Notes: generated by a model from the letters alone, not told the origin. Counted from the first letter of the stretch, positions 36,677 to 46,384 are shown. The stretch: 55,152 bases of DNA from Candidatus Saliniplasma sp. (GCA_048622455.1 JBMCUO010000002.1:1-55152), one strand, 5' to 3'. Made by a program: numbers and translations.

Positions 36677-37591
36677 ATGGATTTGAGATCGCTCTTCAAA
36701 AATACCAAAGGGAAACTTAGGTTGGCATTAGTCATCAATTTAGGATTAGTGGTAGTAGCGCTGGTCGGATACCTGATATCGAACTCACTTGCTTTATTGG
36801 GTGATGCTGGGCATGTTCTCACGGACACCTTTGCGATCGCTACGTCTCTAACAGCCATCAGTCTAGCGACCATCCCGGCACATGATAAAGCGACTTTCGG
36901 TCACCACCGTGCAGAGGTCTTAGCAGCACTATTAAATGCCGTAATCCTTCTTTTTGTGAGCGCCTACATACTTTACGAATCCTACCATAGGTTCATTTCA
37001 CCACAGGTCGTAAAATCTACGGAGATGTTGGTTGTTGCAGTTATAGGTTTAATTGGTAACCTTTATGCTACTCATCTCCTTCATGGACATAAAGATATCA
37101 ACGTCAGGGGAGTTTACCTTCATCTTTTGGCAGATACTCTTTCCAGTGGTACCGTGGTAGCCGGAGCAGTTATCATATATTTTACTGGCAACTACCTGGT
37201 CGACCCTATCTTGAGCGTAGTTATCGCTCTTTTAATAATCTCAGGGTCTGTAAGGTTGTTGAAGGAGTCTGTTGGGATCATTATGCAGTGGACACCCGAG
37301 GACCTCGAAATAGGGGAAGTGATAGAATCCATTAAAAAATTAGATAGAGTAAGGGATGTGCACGATGTACATCTTTGGACTCTCTGTTCCAGCATCCATT
37401 CATTTTCCGCCCACATCTTGGTTGAAGATATGAGAATGGTGGAGTCAGAAAAGATAAAATCGGATATCCGTGATATTCTGCACCAGGAATTCAATATATA
37501 TCATTCTACGTTGGAATTGGAATGTGTAGAATGTGGTGACGATACGGTACAAAAGATATGTCATCCCAAAGATGCCCACAGCCATGACTAG
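36677..37591 (+). CDS. Cation diffusion facilitator (Zn/Co/Cd efflux)
   Basis: LLGDAGHVLTD and HLLADTLSS metal-site motifs, C-terminal cytoplasmic domain, His-rich end. Confidence 0.85.
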   Translation: MDLRSLFKNTKGKLRLALVINLGLVVVALVGYLISNSLALLGDAGHVLTDTFAIATSLTAISLATIPAHDKATFGHHRAEVLAALLNAVILLFVSAYILYESYHRFISPQVVKSTEMLVVAVIGLIGNLYATHLLHGHKDINVRGVYLHLLADTLSSGTVVAGAVIIYFTGNYLVDPILSVVIALLIISGSVRLLKESVGIIMQWTPEDLEIGEVIESIKKLDRVRDVHDVHLWTLCSSIHSFSAHILVEDMRMVESEKIKSDIRDILHQEFNIYHSTLELECVECGDDTVQKICHPKDAHSHD

Positions 37592-37645
37592 TCTTCAAAT
37601 ACATATTTATACCGTATCTTTCATCGTATTTGATGGTTATAATCC

Positions 37646-38353
37646 ATGATAACGATAATCGGTACTGCTCACGTGTTCGATATCTCGGAAAGGTTGAGGG
37701 AAGAAATAGTTTCTAGAAACCCTTCAGTGATAGCTGTAGAATTAGATAGACAGAGGTATGCCGCTTTAAAGTCTCAAGGTGAAAAGAGAAAAGATGTACC
37801 TATAATGTACAGAGCTATGAGTATCATACAAAAAAAGATAGCTAAGGATTTTGGTGTGGATGTGGGGAGTGAGATGTTAGAGGCAATAAAAACCGCTAAG
37901 CAGCTCGGTATAGGGGTAGCTTTCATCGACCTACCGGCTAATATGATCTTTAAGAAGATGATGGTTACCATGAGTTTGAGAGAGAAGCTCTATTTTGTAG
38001 CGGGCATGGTAGCAGGACTTTTCACCAGTAAAGAAAGGGTGGAAAAGGAGATGAAAAGGTACGAGAAAAACGAGGCAGATTATATGGATATATTAGAAAA
38101 GAACATGCCCTCGGTATCCCATGTATTGATCGATGAAAGGAATGTATACATGGCTGAAAATATCAAAGAATTGGAAGAAAGATATGGTTCTGTGATAGCA
38201 GTCGTAGGAGATGGTCACGTACCCGGTTTACTGAAAGAACTAGAGGGTGAGGGAGTCGAAACGGTTAGATTAAAAGAGCTGAGGAATAAAAAGCGGAATA
38301 AATCCACCACAGAAGTCAATTTTAGTGTATCATATAAGACCGATGATCAGTAA
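37646..38353 (+). CDS. TraB/PrgY-family protein
   Basis: IIGTAHVFDIS ... VAVELD ... GDGHVPG motifs. Confidence 0.7.
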   Translation: MITIIGTAHVFDISERLREEIVSRNPSVIAVELDRQRYAALKSQGEKRKDVPIMYRAMSIIQKKIAKDFGVDVGSEMLEAIKTAKQLGIGVAFIDLPANMIFKKMMVTMSLREKLYFVAGMVAGLFTSKERVEKEMKRYEKNEADYMDILEKNMPSVSHVLIDERNVYMAENIKELEERYGSVIAVVGDGHVPGLLKELEGEGVETVRLKELRNKKRNKSTTEVNFSVSYKTDDQ

Positions 38354-39288
38354 TATTTCTTCTTATCCTCTTTGGTATAATCATTATTATCATGGTAGGA
38401 ATCATATTCATGATCCTGTTCAGTGTAAACTTTTTCTTCCTTACCTATACTGACTACCCAAGTCAGACCGATCAATGATTGTCCTCCCATAGCTATGTAT
38501 GTTAAAATCTCCGCAGGACCCCAATAGTCATACATGGTTCGGATCATTTCTATATCGTCCTGGCATAATTCACAGAAATCCGTAGGGGGTGCTTCAGTTA
38601 TACTTCCTGCATTTATCTCAACGGATGCGGCCATGACACATCTTCCATCCTCCTGAGTGCAGTGATGCGGGTATTCGGTAGATTCGTGCTCGCTGTCGTA
38701 GTCCCTTCCAACTAGACCGATGAGGTGTCCCCACTCGTGAATAAGAACAGAAGTTTCTATACTAACGTGTTCCAGATTTGTACTTCTTTCTGCACTTTTC
38801 ATTATCGTTTCCATGAAGAGGACCATGTTGGTTCCGCGGTAAGAGAGTCCTAGAACTTCCTCATCTTTCCATCTCCCGTTTAAATATAATACATAGATTA
38901 CCAGGGTGTCGCCCTCTGTTTCTTCATCCCTGTATTTCCCTTCAAAATAATCCATATCCCGTTCGTTGTACACGGATTTTGTATCTTGGACTGGTATCAC
39001 ATCTCCCATCTCGTGTGTTATCTCCTCTTTATCCGTGTATTCCTTAAGGATATCATCGAAAACATTGACAGCAGTAAAATCCGGTGCAAAATTCTGAACG
39101 TAATCGTATTCGATCACCAGTTCATCATAATCGTCATTAGTCAGGTGCCACTGGCCCTTTTCCCAGGCTGTATGAAGATTACCTCTGTCTTTTATATAAG
39201 CGGGGAGAAAAGTATAGGTTAAAATCAGGATCATAATCGTGATAACCGTGATTATTGTGATCAAACCGACTTTTTTCGAGGATTTCAT
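38347..39288 (-). CDS. Membrane-anchored archaemetzincin-like zinc metalloprotease
   Basis: N-terminal TM helix. HEWGHLIG, then C-x6-C-V-M, then x19 and CELC. This is related to the AMZ signature HExxHxxG..C..CxM..CxxC. Confidence 0.55.
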   Translation of the reverse strand: MKSSKKVGLITIITVITIMILILTYTFLPAYIKDRGNLHTAWEKGQWHLTNDDYDELVIEYDYVQNFAPDFTAVNVFDDILKEYTDKEEITHEMGDVIPVQDTKSVYNERDMDYFEGKYRDEETEGDTLVIYVLYLNGRWKDEEVLGLSYRGTNMVLFMETIMKSAERSTNLEHVSIETSVLIHEWGHLIGLVGRDYDSEHESTEYPHHCTQEDGRCVMAASVEINAGSITEAPPTDFCELCQDDIEMIRTMYDYWGPAEILTYIAMGGQSLIGLTWVVSIGKEEKVYTEQDHEYDSYHDNNDYTKEDKKKYY

Positions 39289-39339
39289 AATATTCTTGTA
39301 TCGATAGATTTTCCAATCCTTTTAAATCTATACCCTTTA

Positions 39340-40248
39340 TTATCTACTTACCTTTTGTCTTTGGATATCCTCATAAGCGGAGGCTGCAGCTTCTGAACCT
39401 TGGCCTGCAGCGGTTATGGCTTGTTTGAGAGGGGAATCGATAACGTCTCCAGCTGCATATATCCCAGGTACGTTTGTCCTTCTGAACTCATCAGTTTTAA
39501 TATATCCCCCATCTACTATGTCGATACCGACTTTTTTGGCTAATTCGTTGTTAGGAACAGAACCTATATCGATGAATATCCCATCTAGATTCAAAGTCTC
39601 GCCGTTATGCAATTTCACACCGGTCAGCTTTTCTTCCCCGACCAGACTTTCTACGTTCACATTGAAAACAGGTTCTATGTTCTCGTTTTGTTCCACCTCT
39701 TCAACCCTTATAGGTTCTGGGCGGGTGAACTTATCCCTTCTATATAATATGTAAACTTTATCAGCATATTCTGCAAGTAAAAGAGCGGATGCTAGTGCAG
39801 CGTCACCACCGCCTACAACACCGACCGTTTTACCGTCGTAGAAAGCAGCGTCACATGTGGCGCAGTAACTTACCCCTCTACCCGTGAGTTCGCCCTCTCT
39901 TTCTAAACCCAGTCTTCTTCTTTCCTGCCCTGTAGCTAGGATTATCTTCTTTGCTTCGTATTCATTCCTAGTAGCATTAACGGTGAAATCGTTATCTTTC
40001 CCGTGTATGTCTTCGACCTTATCGTAAACCACTTCAACACCAAGGTCTTTGACCTGTTCTTCCATCTTGCTTGCTAATTCCATACCGCTAATTTTTTTCC
40101 TTGAAGGGAAATTACATACATCGGGAGCTTCTGATATCAATCCCCCCGGCATCTCCCCTATAATTACAGTGTCCAGTTTATATCTAGCAGTGTAAAGTGC
40201 GGCTGTATATCCTGCGGGTCCAGCACCTAATATAAGAACATCATACAT
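39340..40248 (-). CDS. trxB: Thioredoxin-disulfide reductase
   Basis: GAGPAG, redox-active CATCD and GGGDAA motifs. 302 aa. Confidence 0.85.
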   Translation of the reverse strand: MYDVLILGAGPAGYTAALYTARYKLDTVIIGEMPGGLISEAPDVCNFPSRKKISGMELASKMEEQVKDLGVEVVYDKVEDIHGKDNDFTVNATRNEYEAKKIILATGQERRRLGLEREGELTGRGVSYCATCDAAFYDGKTVGVVGGGDAALASALLLAEYADKVYILYRRDKFTRPEPIRVEEVEQNENIEPVFNVNVESLVGEEKLTGVKLHNGETLNLDGIFIDIGSVPNNELAKKVGIDIVDGGYIKTDEFRRTNVPGIYAAGDVIDSPLKQAITAAGQGSEAAASAYEDIQRQKVSR

Positions 40249-40345
40249 CGTATCAAGGGGTTTATCGAACGTTATATTTTAAACCTTTTGTAAAATTAAT
40301 CGGCAAAACTGCACTAAAAATTTATATAACCTCATCGTGAATTGA

Positions 40346-41296
40346 ATGAAGCAAAAGAGAGGAAAAAGGCAATTCGCGGGTATTTCAAAACAGATGGTAA
40401 AGATGGAAGAACATGAAGAGGAACTGGATAAAATTTATAGAATATTGATCGTGGATGATGACGAAGATATTTTGAACCTCCTCCGTATAACCTTGGAGAA
40501 GACAAATAACCTAGATAGTGAAATCATATCAGCTAGCAATGGATTAGAGGCTAAGAAAGAACTAGAAAGGTCTCATTTTGATTTAGTCATCGCTGACCAT
40601 AAGATGCCTGGGATCAGTGGAACTGAACTATTAACAGACGTTAAGGATGACTATCCCGATACTGCACGGGTTTTGATTACAGGCTATTCTGCTTTAGACA
40701 TCGCTAAAGAGGCTATCAATAAAGCTAAGGTCGATAATTATATAGAAAAACCGTGGGATAATGAAAAGTTAAGAGAAATCATCTGTAGTATATTGGAAGG
40801 TCAAGATACAGAATTTAAAGATGATGACCGCTCAGAAAGTATTGCTATGGAGATCGGGAATGCATATATTTTTGAAGAAAAAAGTCCTGAGCGGGCTGTG
40901 GTTGCATCCATCGAGAAAATGGAAGAGGGCATGGAAGGGCTTTTTGTATCAAGAATCAAACCTGATAAATTCAATGAACAATACGAGTTTAAGGATAAGA
41001 AAATAAACCAATATTGGCTGACTAGGATCCCTGGTCCTGGTAATATAGAACCATCCAACCTCGAACTTCTTGCGGATAGGATCACAAGATACCTAGAAAA
41101 AAATAGCGGGGTGGTTTTATTGGAAGGGATAGAATCGCTTACTAGAGATAACTCGTTCGAAAGGGTGGTAGGTTTCTTTGAGAATCTAGTCGATGTTGTT
41201 TCCATGGAAGATGGTATTCTTCTAGTGACTTTGGATCCGCGTACCTTACCAGATCAAAAATTAGCACTTATAGAACGTAATATGAAAGTAATTTAG
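40346..41296 (+). CDS. Response-regulator receiver fused to a DUF835-type output domain
   Basis: REC motifs ILIVDDDEDI ... DLVIADHKMPG ... KPW. C-terminal half has G.AYIFEE...GLFVSR...WLT...VVLLEGIESL, typical of DUF835. Confidence 0.7.
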   Translation: MKQKRGKRQFAGISKQMVKMEEHEEELDKIYRILIVDDDEDILNLLRITLEKTNNLDSEIISASNGLEAKKELERSHFDLVIADHKMPGISGTELLTDVKDDYPDTARVLITGYSALDIAKEAINKAKVDNYIEKPWDNEKLREIICSILEGQDTEFKDDDRSESIAMEIGNAYIFEEKSPERAVVASIEKMEEGMEGLFVSRIKPDKFNEQYEFKDKKINQYWLTRIPGPGNIEPSNLELLADRITRYLEKNSGVVLLEGIESLTRDNSFERVVGFFENLVDVVSMEDGILLVTLDPRTLPDQKLALIERNMKVI

Positions 41297-41483
41297 TATA
41301 ATATTACTCAACAAATCATGTAATGTCCTATGTGTCTGAAGTGAAGAGGAGAAATGAATGAAGTACTAGAAAGATTACGAAGAGTCCGGTATATCGGGAG
41401 ACAGAACTGCCAAACTATTGTATGAAGAGAAGGGGACGAAGGAATTGAAGGTCTGTTAGAATTTAGTAAAGACGAATTAAAGC

Positions 41484-42656
41484 TTGGAGAGGTGTGATAT
41501 CTGTGGTTTTTACTCTGAAAGAGAACAGTGTCCCTACTGCAAAGGTGAAAATAGGTCTATTAATGGAAGGTCTGAAGACAGTATTGTCGATACTTTCATC
41601 GAGAGCAAGAATGGGCGTAAATTTTCTGTAGAAAAGGATAAAGCATTTTATAACAAGATGATGCTTGGGATTGATAAGGCCTGGATGGGGAATGAAACAG
41701 GTCAAAGTTTGGTTGATTTATTTATTAGATATAGAAGAGATAAAGGGAAGATCGGGTACAGATGTAAATCTATCAAGGAAAGGCTACGTACTCTAAAACG
41801 TAAAAATCATGTGAAGGGATATCAGATAGAAACTTTTCAACTGTTACTCGATAAGATAGAGAGCCTTCAAAAAGAAGGCAGGACTAAAAACTGTTTCAAA
41901 ATGCTAAACTATCTAGAAGATAATATAGAAAAGATGGAGGATGCTGGTGGATCTCTACAATATCTAAAAAGACTTTTGAAATATGAAAAAGAACAGGACG
42001 TGGATATCGAAATTCCCGTTTCTCGTTTGGAAAAAAATTTCGTAAAAGGTGATTTTGATACGGTAAAACATAGGGCTGAACAATTTGTAGAACAGATAAA
42101 GACTAGAAAAAGAAATGATAGCGATAACAGAAACAGAACAAGACGGGAACACATTATCCGAGTAAAAGATGAGGGTCGGAACGGTTCTTCAGATCCACAG
42201 GGTAACGGTTTCATACAAGCTGGAGAAGGACATGATACCTACAAGACCGGTGAGTTGAAAGCCCAGTACATGATCAAAATCAAGGGAAATGGTGAAGACA
42301 TATTCGGTCAACTTTACAGATACGAAAATGAAACTCTAGATAACAATTGGCACGGTTGGACCCATATCGCTGGATTGGAAATAGAGAGGACCGGGAATCA
42401 GGTTGAATTCTCCTTTCCACACACATATGTTGATGATCGGGAAGTCTATTCCCATTTGATCGCCATAGACCACGATGGTAAAAAAGGTGAAGCAGAACAT
42501 TTGATATCCCCCGATAAACCATCATTAACAGTCCATCAAACTAGATTCGATAAAGAAATTTTAGAAGATGAGGATATATTAGAGCTGGTATTCATATCAG
42601 CTGGTGGGCAAGTGGTCGTCGAAGGTTTAGAATTTGAGGGTGAAGAAGATTTCTAG
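41484..42656 (+). CDS. Hypothetical protein: Zn ribbon, long charged helical region, C-terminal beta domain
   Basis: TTG start is needed to include CDICG...CPYC. Ends at TAG 42654-42656, which is in frame with the next ORF. Confidence 0.45.
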   Translation: MERCDICGFYSEREQCPYCKGENRSINGRSEDSIVDTFIESKNGRKFSVEKDKAFYNKMMLGIDKAWMGNETGQSLVDLFIRYRRDKGKIGYRCKSIKERLRTLKRKNHVKGYQIETFQLLLDKIESLQKEGRTKNCFKMLNYLEDNIEKMEDAGGSLQYLKRLLKYEKEQDVDIEIPVSRLEKNFVKGDFDTVKHRAEQFVEQIKTRKRNDSDNRNRTRREHIIRVKDEGRNGSSDPQGNGFIQAGEGHDTYKTGELKAQYMIKIKGNGEDIFGQLYRYENETLDNNWHGWTHIAGLEIERTGNQVEFSFPHTYVDDREVYSHLIAIDHDGKKGEAEHLISPDKPSLTVHQTRFDKEILEDEDILELVFISAGGQVVVEGLEFEGEEDF

Positions 42657-42677
42657 TCGATATATTTTGAACCGGAA

Positions 42678-43388
42678 TTGGAAATTCTATTAGAGTTGGA
42701 TAGTAATGGGGAGATGAGAGTTTCCGTAAAAGGAGTGCCGGACGTACAGGTCGGAGATAAGTTAGGGATGGAATTGATGGAGGTTGAATCTAATGCAGTG
42801 AATAGGATCTCCGGGTCGGAGGCATTTTACTACTTTAATGAAGTCCCGGATGAAGTCGTTATAGATGGTGCTTTCGGCGACTGGGATGAACTTCATGGAG
42901 CATCTGAAGAAGATATTCCGGATAGGATCGATATTCAACATTATGGGATGAAGAATCATGCTGACGAGGCTTATTTCACGTTAAAAACTAGAGATGATAT
43001 CCTTAAAGGTACAGCTATCCCCGAAGGTGTTGAGAGATACGAGGAGGAATTGATCGCACAGGATATAGGCGGCGATGGTGAATGGGATTACGTAAATCCA
43101 GAGTGGGATACCACCAGAGATGGGATACCGGATACTGGATGGATGGACGGTAATGGATCTATCGATGTGTACGTTGAGATGGAGATCCCCACTGACACAG
43201 GCAATGTAACGGATGGAACGCAGTTACAGGTTGGGTCGTACTATTCAGATGCCTACGATGAAGCATCAGATGTAACTTATGTATCCGAATTCCAGTTCAC
43301 TGCCTTTTTTATGGTCATAGTGTTCGTTCTGGTCTTAAATTTATTATTTATTAGATACAATATAAGCGATAAGGCTTCGAAAAATTAG
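42678..43388 (+). CDS. Acidic hypothetical protein with a C-terminal TM anchor (possibly the continuation of 41484-42656)
   Basis: No ATG start and no signal peptide. VIDGAFGDWDE motif. C-terminal helix FTAFFMVIVFVLVLNLLFI. Confidence 0.4.
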   Translation: MEILLELDSNGEMRVSVKGVPDVQVGDKLGMELMEVESNAVNRISGSEAFYYFNEVPDEVVIDGAFGDWDELHGASEEDIPDRIDIQHYGMKNHADEAYFTLKTRDDILKGTAIPEGVERYEEELIAQDIGGDGEWDYVNPEWDTTRDGIPDTGWMDGNGSIDVYVEMEIPTDTGNVTDGTQLQVGSYYSDAYDEASDVTYVSEFQFTAFFMVIVFVLVLNLLFIRYNISDKASKN

Positions 43389-43420
43389 ACCTCGTATCGA
43401 ATGGGTATGTCTGAATTACA

Positions 43421-43927
43421 TCACTTGTTCCAGATTCTAACAAATCTATCAACTAAACTATCCAAGAAGGTTTGCTGATATTGGACCAACAGGTCCGCGA
43501 TCTTATCCTGATCTTTTATGTGATATTCATTGCTTTTAGATATGACTACACTTTTCTTTTTTAGTTTCTTTAGATGGTATGAAAGGGTCGAGGGTGCTAT
43601 ATCCAAAGCTTCATTTATCTCTTTATGTGTGGATCCAGGGTACTCCATCAGGAATAAAATTATAGTCCGGGGTATCTCCTTTCTTAAAAAAGCCATGACC
43701 TTTTTATCTTTTTTATCTATGCTCCCTTTAGCATAAAATCTTTTGTACTTCCCTTCTTTTTTGGCCGTGACTAGATTTTTTTTCTCGAGGACTCTCAGAT
43801 GATACCTTATGGTACCTAAAGGCACATCTAGATTACGATCTATCTGCCTAAGATGCAGACCTGGCGAATCTTCTATGGTCTGATAAATTTTTTTTCTCGG
43901 TCCTAGTTCTAGGGAATCATCGGTCAA
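43421..43927 (-). CDS. Tandem-wHTH ArsR-like regulator (module copy 2)
   Basis: Aligns along its whole length with 28384-28917 (LRQIDRNLDVPLGTIRYHLRVLE; INEALDIAPSTLSYHLKKLKK; DRFVRIW). Confidence 0.7.
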   Translation of the reverse strand: MTDDSLELGPRKKIYQTIEDSPGLHLRQIDRNLDVPLGTIRYHLRVLEKKNLVTAKKEGKYKRFYAKGSIDKKDKKVMAFLRKEIPRTIILFLMEYPGSTHKEINEALDIAPSTLSYHLKKLKKKSVVISKSNEYHIKDQDKIADLLVQYQQTFLDSLVDRFVRIWNK

Positions 43928-43933
43928 CTGATT

Positions 43934-44203
43934 TCACTCCTTGATACTGTACATAAAAAGAACTGCTAAAACACATATGTCAAAAATCAACACGATGGGG
44001 TCCACCGGGTCCGAAAGTATCGGGTACCACAGCCTGGATACTGTCATCACAGAACTTTTTACCAGAAAGACACAAAAGACGAGCATAATTGCCAGTACTT
44101 TACTAGTTCTCAGTTGTATATATGATATCAACGACATTACCGTACCTAAAGAAGCCAATACCAACAGTATGCCTAGTAGTAATGAACCCAATGCTATTTT
44201 CAT
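43934..44203 (-). CDS. Small 3-TM membrane protein (module copy 2)
   Basis: Start trimmed to MKIALG (44203). 89 aa. Paralog of 28108-28374. Confidence 0.5.
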   Translation of the reverse strand: MKIALGSLLLGILLVLASLGTVMSLISYIQLRTSKVLAIMLVFCVFLVKSSVMTVSRLWYPILSDPVDPIVLIFDICVLAVLFMYSIKE

Positions 44204-44381
44204 AGATAACACATTACATCTTAGTAACGAAAGATAAATAAATGTGTCTATCAAATCTGTAATTCCATATGATCATGGCCTTACCTAAAAAGTTTACAAA
44301 ATTGAGCAAACATCTCTCTTATATTTCAGATGTCGACTACACCCAAAAGGTTAATAAAAACCGGTATTACTCTTTTGTTGT

Positions 44382-45716
44382 ATGGTTTTAGATAACCTAA
44401 AGGACGGCCTTAGAGGTGCTGTCAAGAAGATAGCTAATGCGAGCCACGTCGATAAGAACCTTATCGAGGACGTAGTCAAGGATATTCAGCGAGCCATGAT
44501 AGAAGCGGACATGAACGTCCAGATGGCGCTTGAGTTAACAGACAAGCTCAAAGAAAGGGCGTTAACGGAGAAACCTACGGCTGGAACCAGCACTAGAGAA
44601 CATGTCATACAGATATTGTACGAAGAGTTCGTTAACATAATGGGGACCGGTGAGGAACTCAAACTTAAACCTCAAAAGATAATGATGGTCGGTCTTTACG
44701 GTATGGGTAAAACTACAACGTGTGGTAAACTTGCGGCTTATTTCCAGAAGAGAGGACTCAGCACCGCTTTGGTGGCCGGTGACACTCATAGACCCGCAGC
44801 TTACGAACAGTTAGAGCAGGTCGCTGATGATGCTGGGGTTCCCGTTTATGGAGACCCAGACGAGGAGCGTGCACCGAAGGTCGTCCGAGAGGGGATGGAT
44901 AAGTTCAAAGAGTATGATGTTATAATCGTTGACACTTCTGGGAGGCACTCACTAGAGGATGAACTCATAGAGGAGATAAAGCGGATCAGAACAGTCGTTG
45001 ACCCTGACGAGGTTATCCTCACAATCGATGCATCCGTAGGACAGCAGGCCGGACCACAGGCCAAGGCATTCCATGATGCAGTCGGAGTGACTAAAACTAT
45101 AATCACTAAATTAGACGGCAGCGCTAAGGGTGGTGGTGCCTTGAGTGCAGTCTCCGAGACTGATGCCCCAGTAGCTTTCATAGGTACCGGCGAAAGGATC
45201 AGGGATCTTGAAAAGTTCGATCCCAAGCGGTTCATATCTAGGATGCTAGGGATGGGAGATATTGAAGGTCTGTTGGAGAAAGCTGAGGAAGTCATGGATG
45301 AAGAGAAAGCTGAACAGACCGCCAAGAAGATGCTGTCCGGTGATTTTGATCTTAAAGACATGTACGAGCAGATGGAGATGTTGTCAGGAGTGGGTCCTTT
45401 ACGGAAGATAATGGATATGCTCCCCATGGGTCCAAGCAGTTTGTCGGATGACGAGATGCTGGAAACTCAGAATAGGCTGAAACAGTTCAGGATAATCATG
45501 GACAGCATGACAGAAGAAGAGATGGAGAACCCTAAACTTCTAAAAAGAGAAAGGATCCAGAGGATCGCTAGAGGGAGTGGAACCAGTCCTAGAGCTATTA
45601 GAGATCTTCTTTCACACTATAAAAAATCCAAGAAAGCTATCAAAGGTTTCACAGGTAACCGTAAAGTTCGTAAGAAGTTGATGAAACAGATAGAATCCGG
45701 GGACCTTAAATTTTGA
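44382..45716 (+). CDS. srp54: Signal recognition particle protein SRP54
   Basis: GLYGMGKTTTCGKLA, DTSGRH and TKLDG GTPase motifs plus a Met-rich M domain. Confidence 0.9.
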   Translation: MVLDNLKDGLRGAVKKIANASHVDKNLIEDVVKDIQRAMIEADMNVQMALELTDKLKERALTEKPTAGTSTREHVIQILYEEFVNIMGTGEELKLKPQKIMMVGLYGMGKTTTCGKLAAYFQKRGLSTALVAGDTHRPAAYEQLEQVADDAGVPVYGDPDEERAPKVVREGMDKFKEYDVIIVDTSGRHSLEDELIEEIKRIRTVVDPDEVILTIDASVGQQAGPQAKAFHDAVGVTKTIITKLDGSAKGGGALSAVSETDAPVAFIGTGERIRDLEKFDPKRFISRMLGMGDIEGLLEKAEEVMDEEKAEQTAKKMLSGDFDLKDMYEQMEMLSGVGPLRKIMDMLPMGPSSLSDDEMLETQNRLKQFRIIMDSMTEEEMENPKLLKRERIQRIARGSGTSPRAIRDLLSHYKKSKKAIKGFTGNRKVRKKLMKQIESGDLKF

Positions 45717-45724
45717 TGAAAATT

Positions 45725-46384
45725 TTATAGTGTCATTACCAGTAGGTAGTACGTTACAGCTGCTGAAAGAGATACTGTTAGATTATCTAGACCTTTTGGT
45801 GTGATACTTTCCGCTAGTGTAGCGACTACGGCTGCAGGGATGATCAGTAGGAAATAGATTATCGGTGAGTTGAAAAAGAGCAGGGCGAAGGCCGTTACAA
45901 GTACCGTGCTAGTGATCATAGCTATAGAGCCTTCTAAGCTTTTTTTGTCTCCAAAGATGGTGTAAGTTCTTTTACCGTATTTGATTCCGATCAAAGAGGC
46001 GAATCCGTCACCGAACGACATTGCTACTATACCCACAGCTATTATCTCCAGTCTGTCGAAAAATAGTAAGGCCAGTATGGTCCATGAGATGGCGTAGTAA
46101 ACTAGGCCGAGACCATGTCCTTCAGAAGAAGTCTTACTTATAAGGTCGATAGGTGAGTAAGGGCTGATCAATAAAGTTAGAGCTATGAAAGGAGCCGCTG
46201 CTACGAAAGCCATGACCCATCTATTGTCGAACAAAGGTAGAAGGAAAATTATGTTACCTACACCGATGTGAAGGATCTTCCTGCTGAGAAGTTGGCTGTT
46301 GTTAACGCCTTTCTCGGTAAATAATATTAGAAGAGCGACATATAGATAAACTGCCAACAGTCCCCACATATCTCCTGTTGTCAT
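45725..46384 (-). CDS. Polyprenol (dolichol) kinase / CDS-family integral membrane protein
   Basis: Seven or so TM helices. RKILHIGVGN and FGDGFASLIG motifs. Confidence 0.6.
   Translation of the reverse strand: MTTGDMWGLLAVYLYVALLILFTEKGVNNSQLLSRKILHIGVGNIIFLLPLFDNRWVMAFVAAAPFIALTLLISPYSPIDLISKTSSEGHGLGLVYYAISWTILALLFFDRLEIIAVGIVAMSFGDGFASLIGIKYGKRTYTIFGDKKSLEGSIAMITSTVLVTAFALLFFNSPIIYFLLIIPAAVVATLAESITPKGLDNLTVSLSAAVTYYLLVMTL

Noticed and set aside
44846-45427. 193-aa ORF on the minus strand
   Set aside because: It is antisense to the highly conserved SRP54 gene and gives a Ser-rich shadow-frame translation.
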